From Candidatus Nanohalobium constans (lineage in GTDB: Archaea > Nanohalarchaeota > Nanosalinia > Nanosalinales > Nanosalinaceae), in contig NZ_CP040089.1 of the NCBI RefSeq assembly GCF_009617975.1, positions 900,001 to 932,000 on the forward strand: DNA of 32,000 bases. The letters run 5' to 3'. The number at the start of each line of letters is the position of its first letter. The stretch's first letter is position 1. A program made the translations under genes and the position numbers. The notes under the pieces were generated by a model that worked only from the letters and a program-made list of their open reading frames with translations, searched no databases and had not been told where the DNA came from. Shown here one piece after another: positions 8,827-17,207 of the stretch.

Positions 8827-9009
8827 TGTTGATGTTAAACCTCGCTATAGGCCTCCCTGAATGAGAGGCATAGACAATTTGTATTGTCAAATTCAACGAC
8901 ATACCTTTGTCTAGTCGCTGAATTCAATCACCAGAGGCCTCCTCCACAAGAGTAGGCTTGTCCCGACCGAGAAAAACTCTGTCGAGTAAATACGAAAAGT
9001 AAGACAAAT

Positions 9010-9017
9010 TTTATAAA
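9010..9017. promoter_or_regulatory. Candidate archaeal TATA box (TTTATAAA, palindromic) in the divergent region upstream of the uL3 operon
   Basis: It is a near-consensus TTTAWATA-type element about 185 nt upstream of the uL3 ATG. Being palindromic, it could serve either direction. No transcription start data are available. Confidence 0.3.
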
Positions 9018-9591
9018 TGGGTTGAGGCATCTAGATTAGATTCTAAAAATTAGAGCAGTATAAGTCAAATAAATGTCAACGGTACATAGGAAGGTAAAAA
9101 GTCATATTAAACCTGTTCGGAGTAGCGCAGGAAGAACTCCATATAGATGGATAGGTAAAATGTACTGGAACGTTCTTAAGGCTCCTTCTATGATACCTTC
9201 AGAGATAACTCAGATAATAACTTCTACGAAAATAAGAATAATACTGAAGATTGTAAGAACAGCGTATAAGCTCACAGTCGTACCTCTAGCAGACGCCAAA
9301 GCTTTGCAAAAGAGAAAATTTAACTTGGAAAAACCAATCGGGAAATTTATGCTAAAATCTGAAAAGATTGTTGGACAAAATTAGGTCAAACACCCTTCTC
9401 ATTCCAGACCTTCTTGGATTCCTTCATCATATTTTCAACCTCTTTGGCAGAGAAACTTATCTCCGATCTTAGTTTTCTCATTTTTTCAAGCGGACGTTCA
9501 ACCTTATCCATAATACATGGCTATTTTGAGCAGATAAAAATTCTTTCAATTAGCCAAAACTATCATAATACCTCATCCAGCTATACTGAGT

Positions 9592-10452
9592 ATGCTCAAG
9601 ACTGAAAACCTGTCAAAATGTTTTGGAGAGACTCAGGCTGTTTCTGATCTCAGTCTAGAGATTGAGAAAGGTGAGATAGTGGGGCTTTTAGGACCAAATG
9701 GTGCAGGGAAGACTACTACGATGCAGATGCTTTCAGGCCTTCTACAGCCAGATTCCGGATTAGTTACAATTGAGGATAGTTCTGTTCGAGACTCAGTCTC
9801 AGTCGTGTTTCAGGAAGTTGAGTATAGCTCCAAGTTGAAGGTTAGGGAGTTTCTGCACATGATGGCAGTTCTAAACGAAAATACATCAGAAGTAGATGAA
9901 GTAGTCGATTCCGTGAATCTCAGGGACTACCTTGATACTTTTGTCCCGGATCTTTCTGGAGGTAATAAGAAAAAGTTGAATATTGCTGCTGGGATGTTGA
10001 AGGATCCCGAGTATCTCCTTTTGGATGAGCCTAACGCAGGGCTTGATCCTCGTGCCCGGAAAGATGTCCGAGACATGATTCAGAAGTTTAAAAATGATAG
10101 AGGAGTTCTAGTTTCTACTCATTCTATGGAAGAGGCTGAAAAACTGTGTGATAGAGTTGTTATAATTGAAGATGGAGAAGAAATTGTTTCTGGCTCTCCA
10201 GAAGAATTGATACGCAACATTGACGCAGAATTTATTATCAAAGCAGAGGGTGATGTGCCCTCCGGTTTTGAGAGCGAGAATTCAGAGCAGAATGATTTCT
10301 TTGAGATTCATACGGATAAGCCTCATGAAGTAATAAAGCAGCTCGTTGAGTCTGGAGAAATGGAGGACTTAGATAATCTTTCGGTGGAAAAACCAGGTTT
10401 AGAAGATGTTTTCTTCGAGGTGACGGGTCGCAGATATGAGAAAAGTAATTGA
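9592..10452 (+). CDS. ABC transporter ATP-binding protein (ABC-2/DrrA-like subfamily)
   Basis: It has Walker A GPNGAGKTT, signature LSGGNKKKL, Walker B LLLDEPNAGLD and the H-loop STHSMEE. Confidence 0.9.
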   Translation: MLKTENLSKCFGETQAVSDLSLEIEKGEIVGLLGPNGAGKTTTMQMLSGLLQPDSGLVTIEDSSVRDSVSVVFQEVEYSSKLKVREFLHMMAVLNENTSEVDEVVDSVNLRDYLDTFVPDLSGGNKKKLNIAAGMLKDPEYLLLDEPNAGLDPRARKDVRDMIQKFKNDRGVLVSTHSMEEAEKLCDRVVIIEDGEEIVSGSPEELIRNIDAEFIIKAEGDVPSGFESENSEQNDFFEIHTDKPHEVIKQLVESGEMEDLDNLSVEKPGLEDVFFEVTGRRYEKSN

Positions 10453-11140
10453 GCTTCTGAAAGTTTACTTACTGGATACTTTGCGTAAATGGACGAATCT
10501 GCTTTTCGGAGTTTTAATGATGCTGGCAGTGCTGGCAATTACTGGCTTCGTGCTGAATCAAGGCACTACTGCTGAAATAGTGGCTTCTTATTCAGCTTTC
10601 ATAGTTTCATATGCTGCTGTAAGTGCTGTTGCCTATTCAATAACAGGTGAAAAGGAGAAAGGGCTTTACCGGATGTACAGAAGCTCCAAGCTCTCCAAAG
10701 AGAATTATGTAATAGAAAAAGTAATTATGGCTTCACTACCCCTCATATTATCCGCTTTAATCATCGGAATAGGAGTAGCTGTATCAGATGTCGTTCTCAG
10801 CCGGCTAATAGCTCCAATACTTGTTTTATGTGTTCTATCTCACGCAGGGATCGGACTTATCTTCGCAGCTTACTTCGAGACACACGAAGACATGCAGAAA
10901 ATAATTACACTATTCCTGATAGGAACAATGTTCCTAGCACCTGTATTTTACACCACAGAAGGACTTCCTAACATAGTACAACTAGCTCAAAACATCGTCC
11001 CACTTACATATGGAGTAGAATCAATGAGGGAAGTAATGGTTCAAGGCTCAAACCTTGGATCAATATGGAAAGATATGACCATGTTATCCGTACTGAGTGT
11101 TTTGACTATGTCGCTAGGATACAGGAAACTGGAATTCTAG
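10436..11140 (+). CDS. ABC-2-type transporter permease
   Basis: 234 aa with about 6 predicted hydrophobic helices. It overlaps the ATPase gene by 17 nt. Confidence 0.7.
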   Translation: MRKVIELLKVYLLDTLRKWTNLLFGVLMMLAVLAITGFVLNQGTTAEIVASYSAFIVSYAAVSAVAYSITGEKEKGLYRMYRSSKLSKENYVIEKVIMASLPLILSALIIGIGVAVSDVVLSRLIAPILVLCVLSHAGIGLIFAAYFETHEDMQKIITLFLIGTMFLAPVFYTTEGLPNIVQLAQNIVPLTYGVESMREVMVQGSNLGSIWKDMTMLSVLSVLTMSLGYRKLEF

Positions 11141-11152
11141 AAAAGAAGGGAC

Positions 11153-12571
11153 TTAGCCCTTCACATTCACTATCGGCCGCATCTGAACGACTTTCTCACC
11201 GATACCGAGCTCATCCGAAACTTTGATGACTTCGTCTATGTCTTTGTAACTGCCAGGTGCTTCTTCTTCGATGGTTTCTCCCGATGCTGCTTTGACGAAG
11301 ATCTGATCGCGCTTCAGTTCTCTCTGTACATCTGCGGCTCGGTAGTCTTTCTTGGATTGTGTCCGGGATTTGAGTCGTCCTGCTCCGTGTGCTGTGCTGC
11401 CGAAGGATAGTTCCAATGATTTTTGTCCTCCTGATAGTATGTAGCTGGATGTTCCCATGCTTCCTGGAAGCAGTACTGGTTGTCCTGCTTCACTGTATGC
11501 TTCTGGTACTTCTGGTCTTCCAGAAGGCATTGCTCTGGTCGCTCCTTTTCTATGGACCAATAGTTCTTTTTCTTCGCCGTCGACTTCGTGTGTTTCTTCC
11601 TTGGCGATGTTGTGGCAGACATCGTAGACCAGTTCGGCCTCAGTATCGCCGAACAATGTGTCTAGGCTTTCTCTGACTGCCTGTGTTATTCCCTGGCGGT
11701 TGGCCCATGCGAAGTTTGCTGCTGCGAACATCGCGTTCTTGTAGTCCTGTGCCAGGTCATCGCCTAGAGGTGCGTAGATAAGCTCCTTTTCTGGCAAGTT
11801 TTCTACTATTTCCGGATAGTTCTTCTCGAACTCTCTGAGGTATTCTGTACATGTCTGATGTCCTAGTCCTCTGCTTCCTGAGTGGATCATAACGAGGATC
11901 TGTTCTTCTTCCAGACCGTATGCTTCTGCTTTTTCTTCGTTGAATACATTTTCTACTCTCTGTACTTCCAGGAAGTGGTTTCCGGAACCCAGAGACCCTA
12001 CCTGCTTGATTCCTCTCTTTTTGGCATCTGAAGGAACTTTGTTTGGATCGCATTTTAGTCGACCGTTTTCTTCGCAGTGCTTGAGGTCTTCTTCTGTGGC
12101 GTGGTCGTTTTCCAGCATCCATTCCATTCCTTTATCTAGTATTTCATCTAGCTCGTCTTCATCGACATCGATGTAGCCTCCTTTTCCGAGCCCACATGGA
12201 ACTTTGTTGTATAGTATGTTTGCGAGCTGCTGTTCCTTCCCTTTTATTTCTTCATATGTTAGATCTGTTTTTAGTACTCTTACGCCGCAGTTGATGTCGT
12301 AGCCGATTCCTCCTGGGCTTATTACTCCGTTTTCTTTGTTTACTGCTGCGACTCCGCCGATGGGGAAGCCGTATCCTTGGTGACCGTCCGGCATTACGAT
12401 GGAGAATTTTTCCAGACCCGGCAGTGTTGCCATGTTTTTGACTTGTTGGAGTGTGTCGTCGTTTTTGATTTCTTTCAGTAGTTTGTCGTTGGCGTAGATT
12501 CTGGCCGGTTTGTTCATTTCTCCGGTTTTTGGTATCTGGTAGATGTTTTCTTCGAGTTGTTCGAGTTCCAT
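11153..12571 (-). CDS. rtcB: RNA-splicing ligase RtcB (3'-phosphate/5'-OH RNA ligase)
   Basis: 472 aa. Motifs GYDINCGVR, GSGNHFLE, HSGSRGLGHQ, HNIA, GSMGTSSY and HGAGR are present. No intein is seen. Confidence 0.95.
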   Translation of the reverse strand: MELEQLEENIYQIPKTGEMNKPARIYANDKLLKEIKNDDTLQQVKNMATLPGLEKFSIVMPDGHQGYGFPIGGVAAVNKENGVISPGGIGYDINCGVRVLKTDLTYEEIKGKEQQLANILYNKVPCGLGKGGYIDVDEDELDEILDKGMEWMLENDHATEEDLKHCEENGRLKCDPNKVPSDAKKRGIKQVGSLGSGNHFLEVQRVENVFNEEKAEAYGLEEEQILVMIHSGSRGLGHQTCTEYLREFEKNYPEIVENLPEKELIYAPLGDDLAQDYKNAMFAAANFAWANRQGITQAVRESLDTLFGDTEAELVYDVCHNIAKEETHEVDGEEKELLVHRKGATRAMPSGRPEVPEAYSEAGQPVLLPGSMGTSSYILSGGQKSLELSFGSTAHGAGRLKSRTQSKKDYRAADVQRELKRDQIFVKAASGETIEEEAPGSYKDIDEVIKVSDELGIGEKVVQMRPIVNVKG

Positions 12572-12613
12572 GAAGAAGAAAGGTTTTGGAAAGATTAAAA
12601 ATGGAGTTGTGGG

Positions 12614-12843
12614 TTAGAATGAGTCGCCGTACCATTCTTCAGGGACAAATCCTGCTATGACCATTATGCCTCCGAGTGCTATGCCGGCCAGGCTGAGTGA
12701 TTGTATTAGTCCCCAGTTCTGTCCTTCGCCTGTTATGGCGTCTTCACCTTGCTGGAGAAGACCTCTTTGTTCTCCTGCGTATGTGTATCCGAATATTCTG
12801 CGACCAGTATTATGGCGCCGATTACGAGCAGTCCTTGATTCAT
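12614..12843 (-). pseudogene. Possible small two-helix membrane protein gene interrupted by a frameshift, or two overlapping mini-ORFs
   Basis: The ATG at 12843 gives MNQGLLVIGAIILVAEYSDTHTQENKEVFSSKVKTP*, with the stop at 12733. The -1 frame stays open through the same region to 12614. It reads ...IFGYTYAGEQRGLLQQGEDAITGEGQNWGLIQSLSLAGIALGGIMVIAGFVPEEWYGDSF* and has no ATG/GTG/TTG until 16 codons before its stop. Confidence 0.2.
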
Positions 12844-12907
12844 GTCCTATGAATGTGTTTGAGTTTAAAAACGAGTTGTTGCAGAACTTTGCTCTTGTTA
12901 AATTTCC

Positions 12908-13000
12908 TTAAGATGTTTTTAGAAGGAAAATTGCCGGAAGTATGAATATCATGCCTACCAGTGCTGCGGCAGTTATGGCGATGATTTGTGTCGACTCCAT
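12908..13000 (-). CDS. Possible 30-aa hydrophobic mini-protein
   Basis: My own translation gives MESTQIIAITAAALVGMIFILPAIFLLKTS*, a single TM helix. It is on the same strand as, and lies between, archease and RtcB. It is too short for any compositional test. Confidence 0.25.
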   Translation of the reverse strand: MESTQIIAITAAALVGMIFILPAIFLLKTS

Positions 13001-13035
13001 GTTAGTATTTTAGCTAGAACCTGTTTATTAATCCC

Positions 13036-13446
13036 TTATATGTCTAGTACTGCTTCCAGTATCCATTTGCCGTCTTGGAAGTCTACTTTCATTTCGTTGT
13101 ATGTTGGTGCTTTGATGTCTGTGTAGTTCATTCCTGATGTGATCAGGTCGACCATTATTTCTGCTTCCAGTTGGTAGCCATTTTCTTTCTCGTGGATTTC
13201 CAGGTCTTTAGCATGGCTGACTGCTACTCCTTCGCTGTCCTGTAGGAAGATAAGCCGGTCCAGGAAGTCGAATAGGAGTGCTTCGTAGTTTTCCGATTCT
13301 ACTGCTATTGAGTGTTTGCCTTCACCTTCTCCTCCTTTTACTACCTCGGAGAATGCTTTAGTAGCTTCTGAAAATGCTTCCCCCAGTGAGTCTCCTTCTG
13401 CCCTGAATTTTTCGTCTGCTGTGTGTTCGAGTATTTCGTAGCTCAT
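13036..13446 (-). CDS. Archease (RtcB activator)
   Basis: 136 aa. The N-terminus YEILEHTADEKFRAEG (the HTAD motif) and the size are typical. It is co-oriented upstream of rtcB. Confidence 0.9.
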   Translation of the reverse strand: MSYEILEHTADEKFRAEGDSLGEAFSEATKAFSEVVKGGEGEGKHSIAVESENYEALLFDFLDRLIFLQDSEGVAVSHAKDLEIHEKENGYQLEAEIMVDLITSGMNYTDIKAPTYNEMKVDFQDGKWILEAVLDI

Positions 13447-14045
13447 ACTTCTATTTCCTGTTTTTTCTTTAGGGCTTTTTCCACCAGTTTTTCCTGTTCC
13501 TCTATCGTCATTTCAGTGTTGTCTATCACCATGTCGAACATTGAGCTGTCGTTCATGTCTATGCTGTAGTATTCCTGGTATCTGTTCCAGTTATCTTCAT
13601 CCCTCTTCTTTATGCGTTGTTTTACTTCTTCTAGGCTACCTTCATCCTCTGCTGTTCTTTCTTTAGCGTTTTCCTGTACTCTATGTGCTCTTTCATCTAG
13701 GTCTGCTGTTACATAGATTTTGAGGTCAGCGTAGCTTCCAAGAACCCATGCTGCTATCCTGGATTCTACCACACAGTCTTGTTTCAGTGATTCTTGGAGT
13801 GTTCTACGGTCTACTTCGATATCTGTTTGTTTATCTGCTTTTTCTGATAACTCCTCCACCGTCATGTCTTTTTCTTCTGCTAGTTGTCTAAAGAAGTCGC
13901 CTGCAGACAGTTTTTTTATACCCAGTTTTTCTGATATGAATCCTGCAAGTGTTCCTTTTCCTGCTCCTGACGGCCCACAGATGCAGATTATAGTATCTGA
14001 TTCTTTGCTGTGGTTTCCTTGAAATTCCTTTATTTCTGATTTCAT
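13443..14045 (-). CDS. cmk: Cytidylate kinase, archaeal type
   Basis: It has the P-loop CGPSGAGKGT and LSAGDFFRQLAEEKDMTVEELS. It also has ADLKIYVTADLDERAHRV and YSIDMNDSSMFDMVIDN, which are collinear with archaeal Cmk. An ATGA overlap links it to archease. Confidence 0.85.
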   Translation of the reverse strand: MKSEIKEFQGNHSKESDTIICICGPSGAGKGTLAGFISEKLGIKKLSAGDFFRQLAEEKDMTVEELSEKADKQTDIEVDRRTLQESLKQDCVVESRIAAWVLGSYADLKIYVTADLDERAHRVQENAKERTAEDEGSLEEVKQRIKKRDEDNWNRYQEYYSIDMNDSSMFDMVIDNTEMTIEEQEKLVEKALKKKQEIEV

Positions 14046-14052
14046 AGTTGTT

Positions 14053-14490
14053 CTATGTGTTCTTGAATGAGATAGGAGCTCTTATTATTCCGGTTGCTTG
14101 CTGTCCTTGGAGCCTGCCGAGGTCGTAGTCGATGTTTATTTCAAGTGTGTTGCAGCCGGTCCCTGTTTCGAATCCAGACATCGATATCTCTGTTGATTGG
14201 CTGGAGCTCAGGTTGTAGCCGAGAGTTTTGTTTTCTGTTCTATCGTTTACTGTGATATTGATTTTGTTGAATCTTATGTCTTGGTACCTGGTGTTTTGGA
14301 TGTCTAGTACAAAGTTGTCCGAATTGTCGACTCCAAATCCGTTTATAGCCATGGAATCAGTGTAGAAGTCTGAGGAGGAGGTTGTGCAGCTGTTTTCTAT
14401 GTTTGTGTATGCTACTCCTGCTACTACCGCTACTGCTAGTATCATCCAGCTGTATGTTGTCAGGTATTCTACTGCGGACTGTCCTTTCAT
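14053..14490 (-). CDS. Archaeal type IV pilin-like protein (class III signal peptide)
   Basis: The N-terminus MKGQ/SAVEYLTTYSWMILAVAVVAGVAY shows the KGQ-S cleavage motif, the QSAxEYL box and a hydrophobic helix. It is a paralogue of 19042..19500. Confidence 0.8.
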   Translation of the reverse strand: MKGQSAVEYLTTYSWMILAVAVVAGVAYTNIENSCTTSSSDFYTDSMAINGFGVDNSDNFVLDIQNTRYQDIRFNKINITVNDRTENKTLGYNLSSSQSTEISMSGFETGTGCNTLEINIDYDLGRLQGQQATGIIRAPISFKNT

Positions 14491-14622
14491 AGATGATTTT
14501 TCCGTGTTTAGTATTTGGCTGTTGTTGGCTTAAATCCCCGTGAAGGAATTTTCGGTATCAGCGAATACAGAGTTCAAAATTATGTTTAAATTGGTGCAAA
14601 TGAAAATATTTCAACAACTGTT

Positions 14623-15705
14623 ATGCCCGATGCCGATGATACTCCGGATATTGAGACAGGAGCCGACACACTCCTCAGCTTCTTAGAGGAGAAAACAAAG
14701 TGGCCGGTTTCAAAGATAGCCGATGAAATGGGAGTACCAAAAGAAACAGTGAAGCAATGGGCCAAGGCACTTGAGAAGGGTGGTTTAGTGGAGATAAAGT
14801 ATTCCGCGATTAAGGGCATGGTTTTGGAGTATGCTTCTGATAAGAGTTATGAGGAACTTAACCAGGGTCGTTCAGAGCTGGCATTGGAGGCTGACGAGCT
14901 TGAGATAGAGGCAGAAGAAGTTGAAACAGTTGAAGATAATGAAAAAGAGTCTGTAGCCGAGACAGAACACACCGAAAGCAGCAAAGAAGACGAAAGCGTA
15001 GAAACAAACAATGATAAAGACGAACTCAGTGGATTAGAATCTGGTAACAGTTTGGATAAGTCTGCTGAGGATCTAACTGAAGAGGAAGGAAAGGAAAAAC
15101 TTAAACAGGAGCTTGAAAGCCTGGAAAATAAGGAGAAGGATGCAGATTCAAATGATAAGGCGAAATTAAAGACCGATAAGGCTAAGATTAAGAATGATTC
15201 TGACTCTGAACCTCAAAAATCCGATTCTCAAGAAGAAAGCGACAGCCAAGATGAGAGCTCTGGCAACTCAACTAAGGCGAAGCTGAAAGCAGGTAAGGCA
15301 CAGATTAAGAAATCTGGCTCCGAGGATAACGGAGACAGTGAGGATTCTGAAAGTCACGAGAGTGCTGTGAAGAGGATAGCAGATAAGGTGAAGTCACAGC
15401 CCGGTAAGGATGTTGATCATGAGGCAGGAAGCGATTTAGATGATATTTTGGATAATATAGAGGAGCTTGGAAGCCTCTTGGAAGATGAGGACATCGGTAA
15501 CGGCGAAGTCTATGGTAGGATGGAGCACGAGATGGAAGCGTTGAAAGATACACTGGTTGAGGAAGAAATTACCTCTGAAAAGAAGCGGAAAGTCGCAGGA
15601 ACCATGGCACAGGTAGAAACAGATATAGAAAACGCATCCGATCGAAAAAGCATATTTACAAGGATAGCAGAGTTTTTACAAAATTTTAGAGGCAAGATAG
15701 CATGA
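14623..15705 (+). CDS. Acidic protein with an N-terminal winged-helix-like domain, a low-complexity D/E/S/K middle and a C-terminal helical region; first gene of the pilus ATPase operon
   Basis: LLSFLEEKTKWPVSKIADEMGVPKETVKQWAKALEKGGLVEIKY looks like an HTH/wHTH. The internal repeat is KAKLKTDKAKIKNDSDSE / KAKLKAGKAQIKKSGSED. An ATGA overlap links it to the ATPase gene. Confidence 0.5.
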   Translation: MPDADDTPDIETGADTLLSFLEEKTKWPVSKIADEMGVPKETVKQWAKALEKGGLVEIKYSAIKGMVLEYASDKSYEELNQGRSELALEADELEIEAEEVETVEDNEKESVAETEHTESSKEDESVETNNDKDELSGLESGNSLDKSAEDLTEEEGKEKLKQELESLENKEKDADSNDKAKLKTDKAKIKNDSDSEPQKSDSQEESDSQDESSGNSTKAKLKAGKAQIKKSGSEDNGDSEDSESHESAVKRIADKVKSQPGKDVDHEAGSDLDDILDNIEELGSLLEDEDIGNGEVYGRMEHEMEALKDTLVEEEITSEKKRKVAGTMAQVETDIENASDRKSIFTRIAEFLQNFRGKIA

Positions 15706-17207
15706 GTGAAGAAGTCATTGAAGAATACACCGTCAAGGCAGATCAAGTACCTGCTAAAATCTCTATTATAGAAGGTAGTGATTATGTTCCGCACTACGAA
15801 TTGAAGAGACCTCAGCCAAGTGCTGCAACAGAAGCAATACTTGATGATGTCCGTGAGCAGACTATTGCTGAGGCAGATATTAATGCTGAGAGTTTTCAGG
15901 ACTCTAATGAAATTGAAAAGTCTCGTGAAATTTTCAGAGAGACTGCTAAGGACATCCTAGAAGAAGAAATTCCGCACATGAGCGATTCAAAGCTAGACAC
16001 ATTGATAGGTAACTTGATTCACGAGATGCTGGGAATGGGCGACGTAGAAATTCTGCTTACCGATAATGATCTGGAGGAAATAGTGATAAACAATGCTGAG
16101 GAGCCTGCCTGGGTATACCACAAGTCCCATGGTTGGCTGAAGACAGATATTACCTTTGAAAGTGAGAACGAGATCTACAACTACGCCTCCGAAATCGGTC
16201 GTGGCGTAGGTAAAAACATCTCCTCGCTCCACCCGCTCCTAGACGCACATCTGCCATCCGGTGACCGTACCAACGCAACCCTAAGCCCGATTTCTACGCA
16301 GGGAAACACTATAACAATTAGAAAGTTTGCTAGAGATCCTTGGACAATCACCGACTTCATCAAAATAGGTACTATCAGCCCAGAGATGGCAGCATTCCTC
16401 TGGCTTTGCATTCAGTACGAGATGAACATCATAATCTCCGGAGGAACCGGTACAGGTAAGACCTCACTTCTAAATGTTTTGACTCCTTTCATGCCTCCAA
16501 GCCAGAGAGTGATATCAATTGAGGACACTCGAGAGCTATCCTTACCTGAGTTTCTGCACTGGGTGCCTATGACCACAAGAGAGCAGAATCCTGACGGCCA
16601 GGGAGAAGTATCTATGCAGGACCTCTTGGTTAACTCTCTGCGTATGCGTCCTGACCGAATCCTTGTCGGTGAGATCCGTAGGAAGCGTCAGGCGGAAGTA
16701 CTTTTCGAGGCTATGCAGACAGGACACTCAGTTTACTCCACACTGCACGCCGACACAGCCGAAACAACCATTAAGCGTATGACTCATCCTCCTATCGATG
16801 TTCCAGAGACTGTTGTCGGAGCTGTTGATTTGAATGTTGTGATGTTTAGGGACCGACGTAGAAACTTTAGACGCGTCTTGGAGATTGCCGAAGTTATTGA
16901 TGAAGGTGAAGATCTAAAGCCACACACTATCTATGATTGGGGCTCCCAGGAGGATACATTCTACAAACAGGGAGAGTCCGAGCAGGTTAAGGATAAGCTT
17001 TCCAGGCTAACCGGAATGACCGAGGACGAAATCAATGAAGATATTCAGAATAAGAAGATGATTTTGAAGTGGCTGGTTGAGAACGAGGTCGATGACCTGG
17101 ACAGAGTCGGCAGAGTAGTAGCAGAGTATTACAATAACGAAGATTCTACTCTTGATAAAATCCGTGAAAACGAACCTCCTGAAAACATCATACCTTCAGA
17201 TCGATGA
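15702..17207 (+). CDS. Type II/IV secretion-family ATPase (FlaI/PilB/TadA/VirB11-like)
   Basis: It has Walker A SGGTGTGKTS, the Asp box ISIEDTRELSL, Walker B RMRPDRILVGEIR and the His box GHSVYSTLHA. Confidence 0.9.
   Translation: MSEEVIEEYTVKADQVPAKISIIEGSDYVPHYELKRPQPSAATEAILDDVREQTIAEADINAESFQDSNEIEKSREIFRETAKDILEEEIPHMSDSKLDTLIGNLIHEMLGMGDVEILLTDNDLEEIVINNAEEPAWVYHKSHGWLKTDITFESENEIYNYASEIGRGVGKNISSLHPLLDAHLPSGDRTNATLSPISTQGNTITIRKFARDPWTITDFIKIGTISPEMAAFLWLCIQYEMNIIISGGTGTGKTSLLNVLTPFMPPSQRVISIEDTRELSLPEFLHWVPMTTREQNPDGQGEVSMQDLLVNSLRMRPDRILVGEIRRKRQAEVLFEAMQTGHSVYSTLHADTAETTIKRMTHPPIDVPETVVGAVDLNVVMFRDRRRNFRRVLEIAEVIDEGEDLKPHTIYDWGSQEDTFYKQGESEQVKDKLSRLTGMTEDEINEDIQNKKMILKWLVENEVDDLDRVGRVVAEYYNNEDSTLDKIRENEPPENIIPSDR

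Noticed and set aside
8831-8921. C/D-box sRNA-like elements on the + strand (TGATGT ... CTGA ... ATGAGA ... CTGA).
   Set aside because: The box sequences are imperfect. The spacers (about 20 nt and about 50 nt) do not fit the roughly 12-nt guide spacing of archaeal C/D sRNAs. No terminal stem or k-turn context is evident.
9073-9384. A 103-aa basic ORF considered as a CDS call.
   Set aside because: I did not call it. It has no SD, no motif and AT-rich low-information sequence, and its strongly basic composition is out of character for this proteome. I kept it as a question inside the finding on the AT-rich gap.
12657-12911. An 84-aa + strand ORF (MTIMPPSAMPARLSDCISPQFCPSP...).
   Set aside because: Its Cys/Pro/Arg-rich composition is unlike every credible protein here. 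It is antisense to hydrophobic-helix-encoding minus-strand frames and has no SD.
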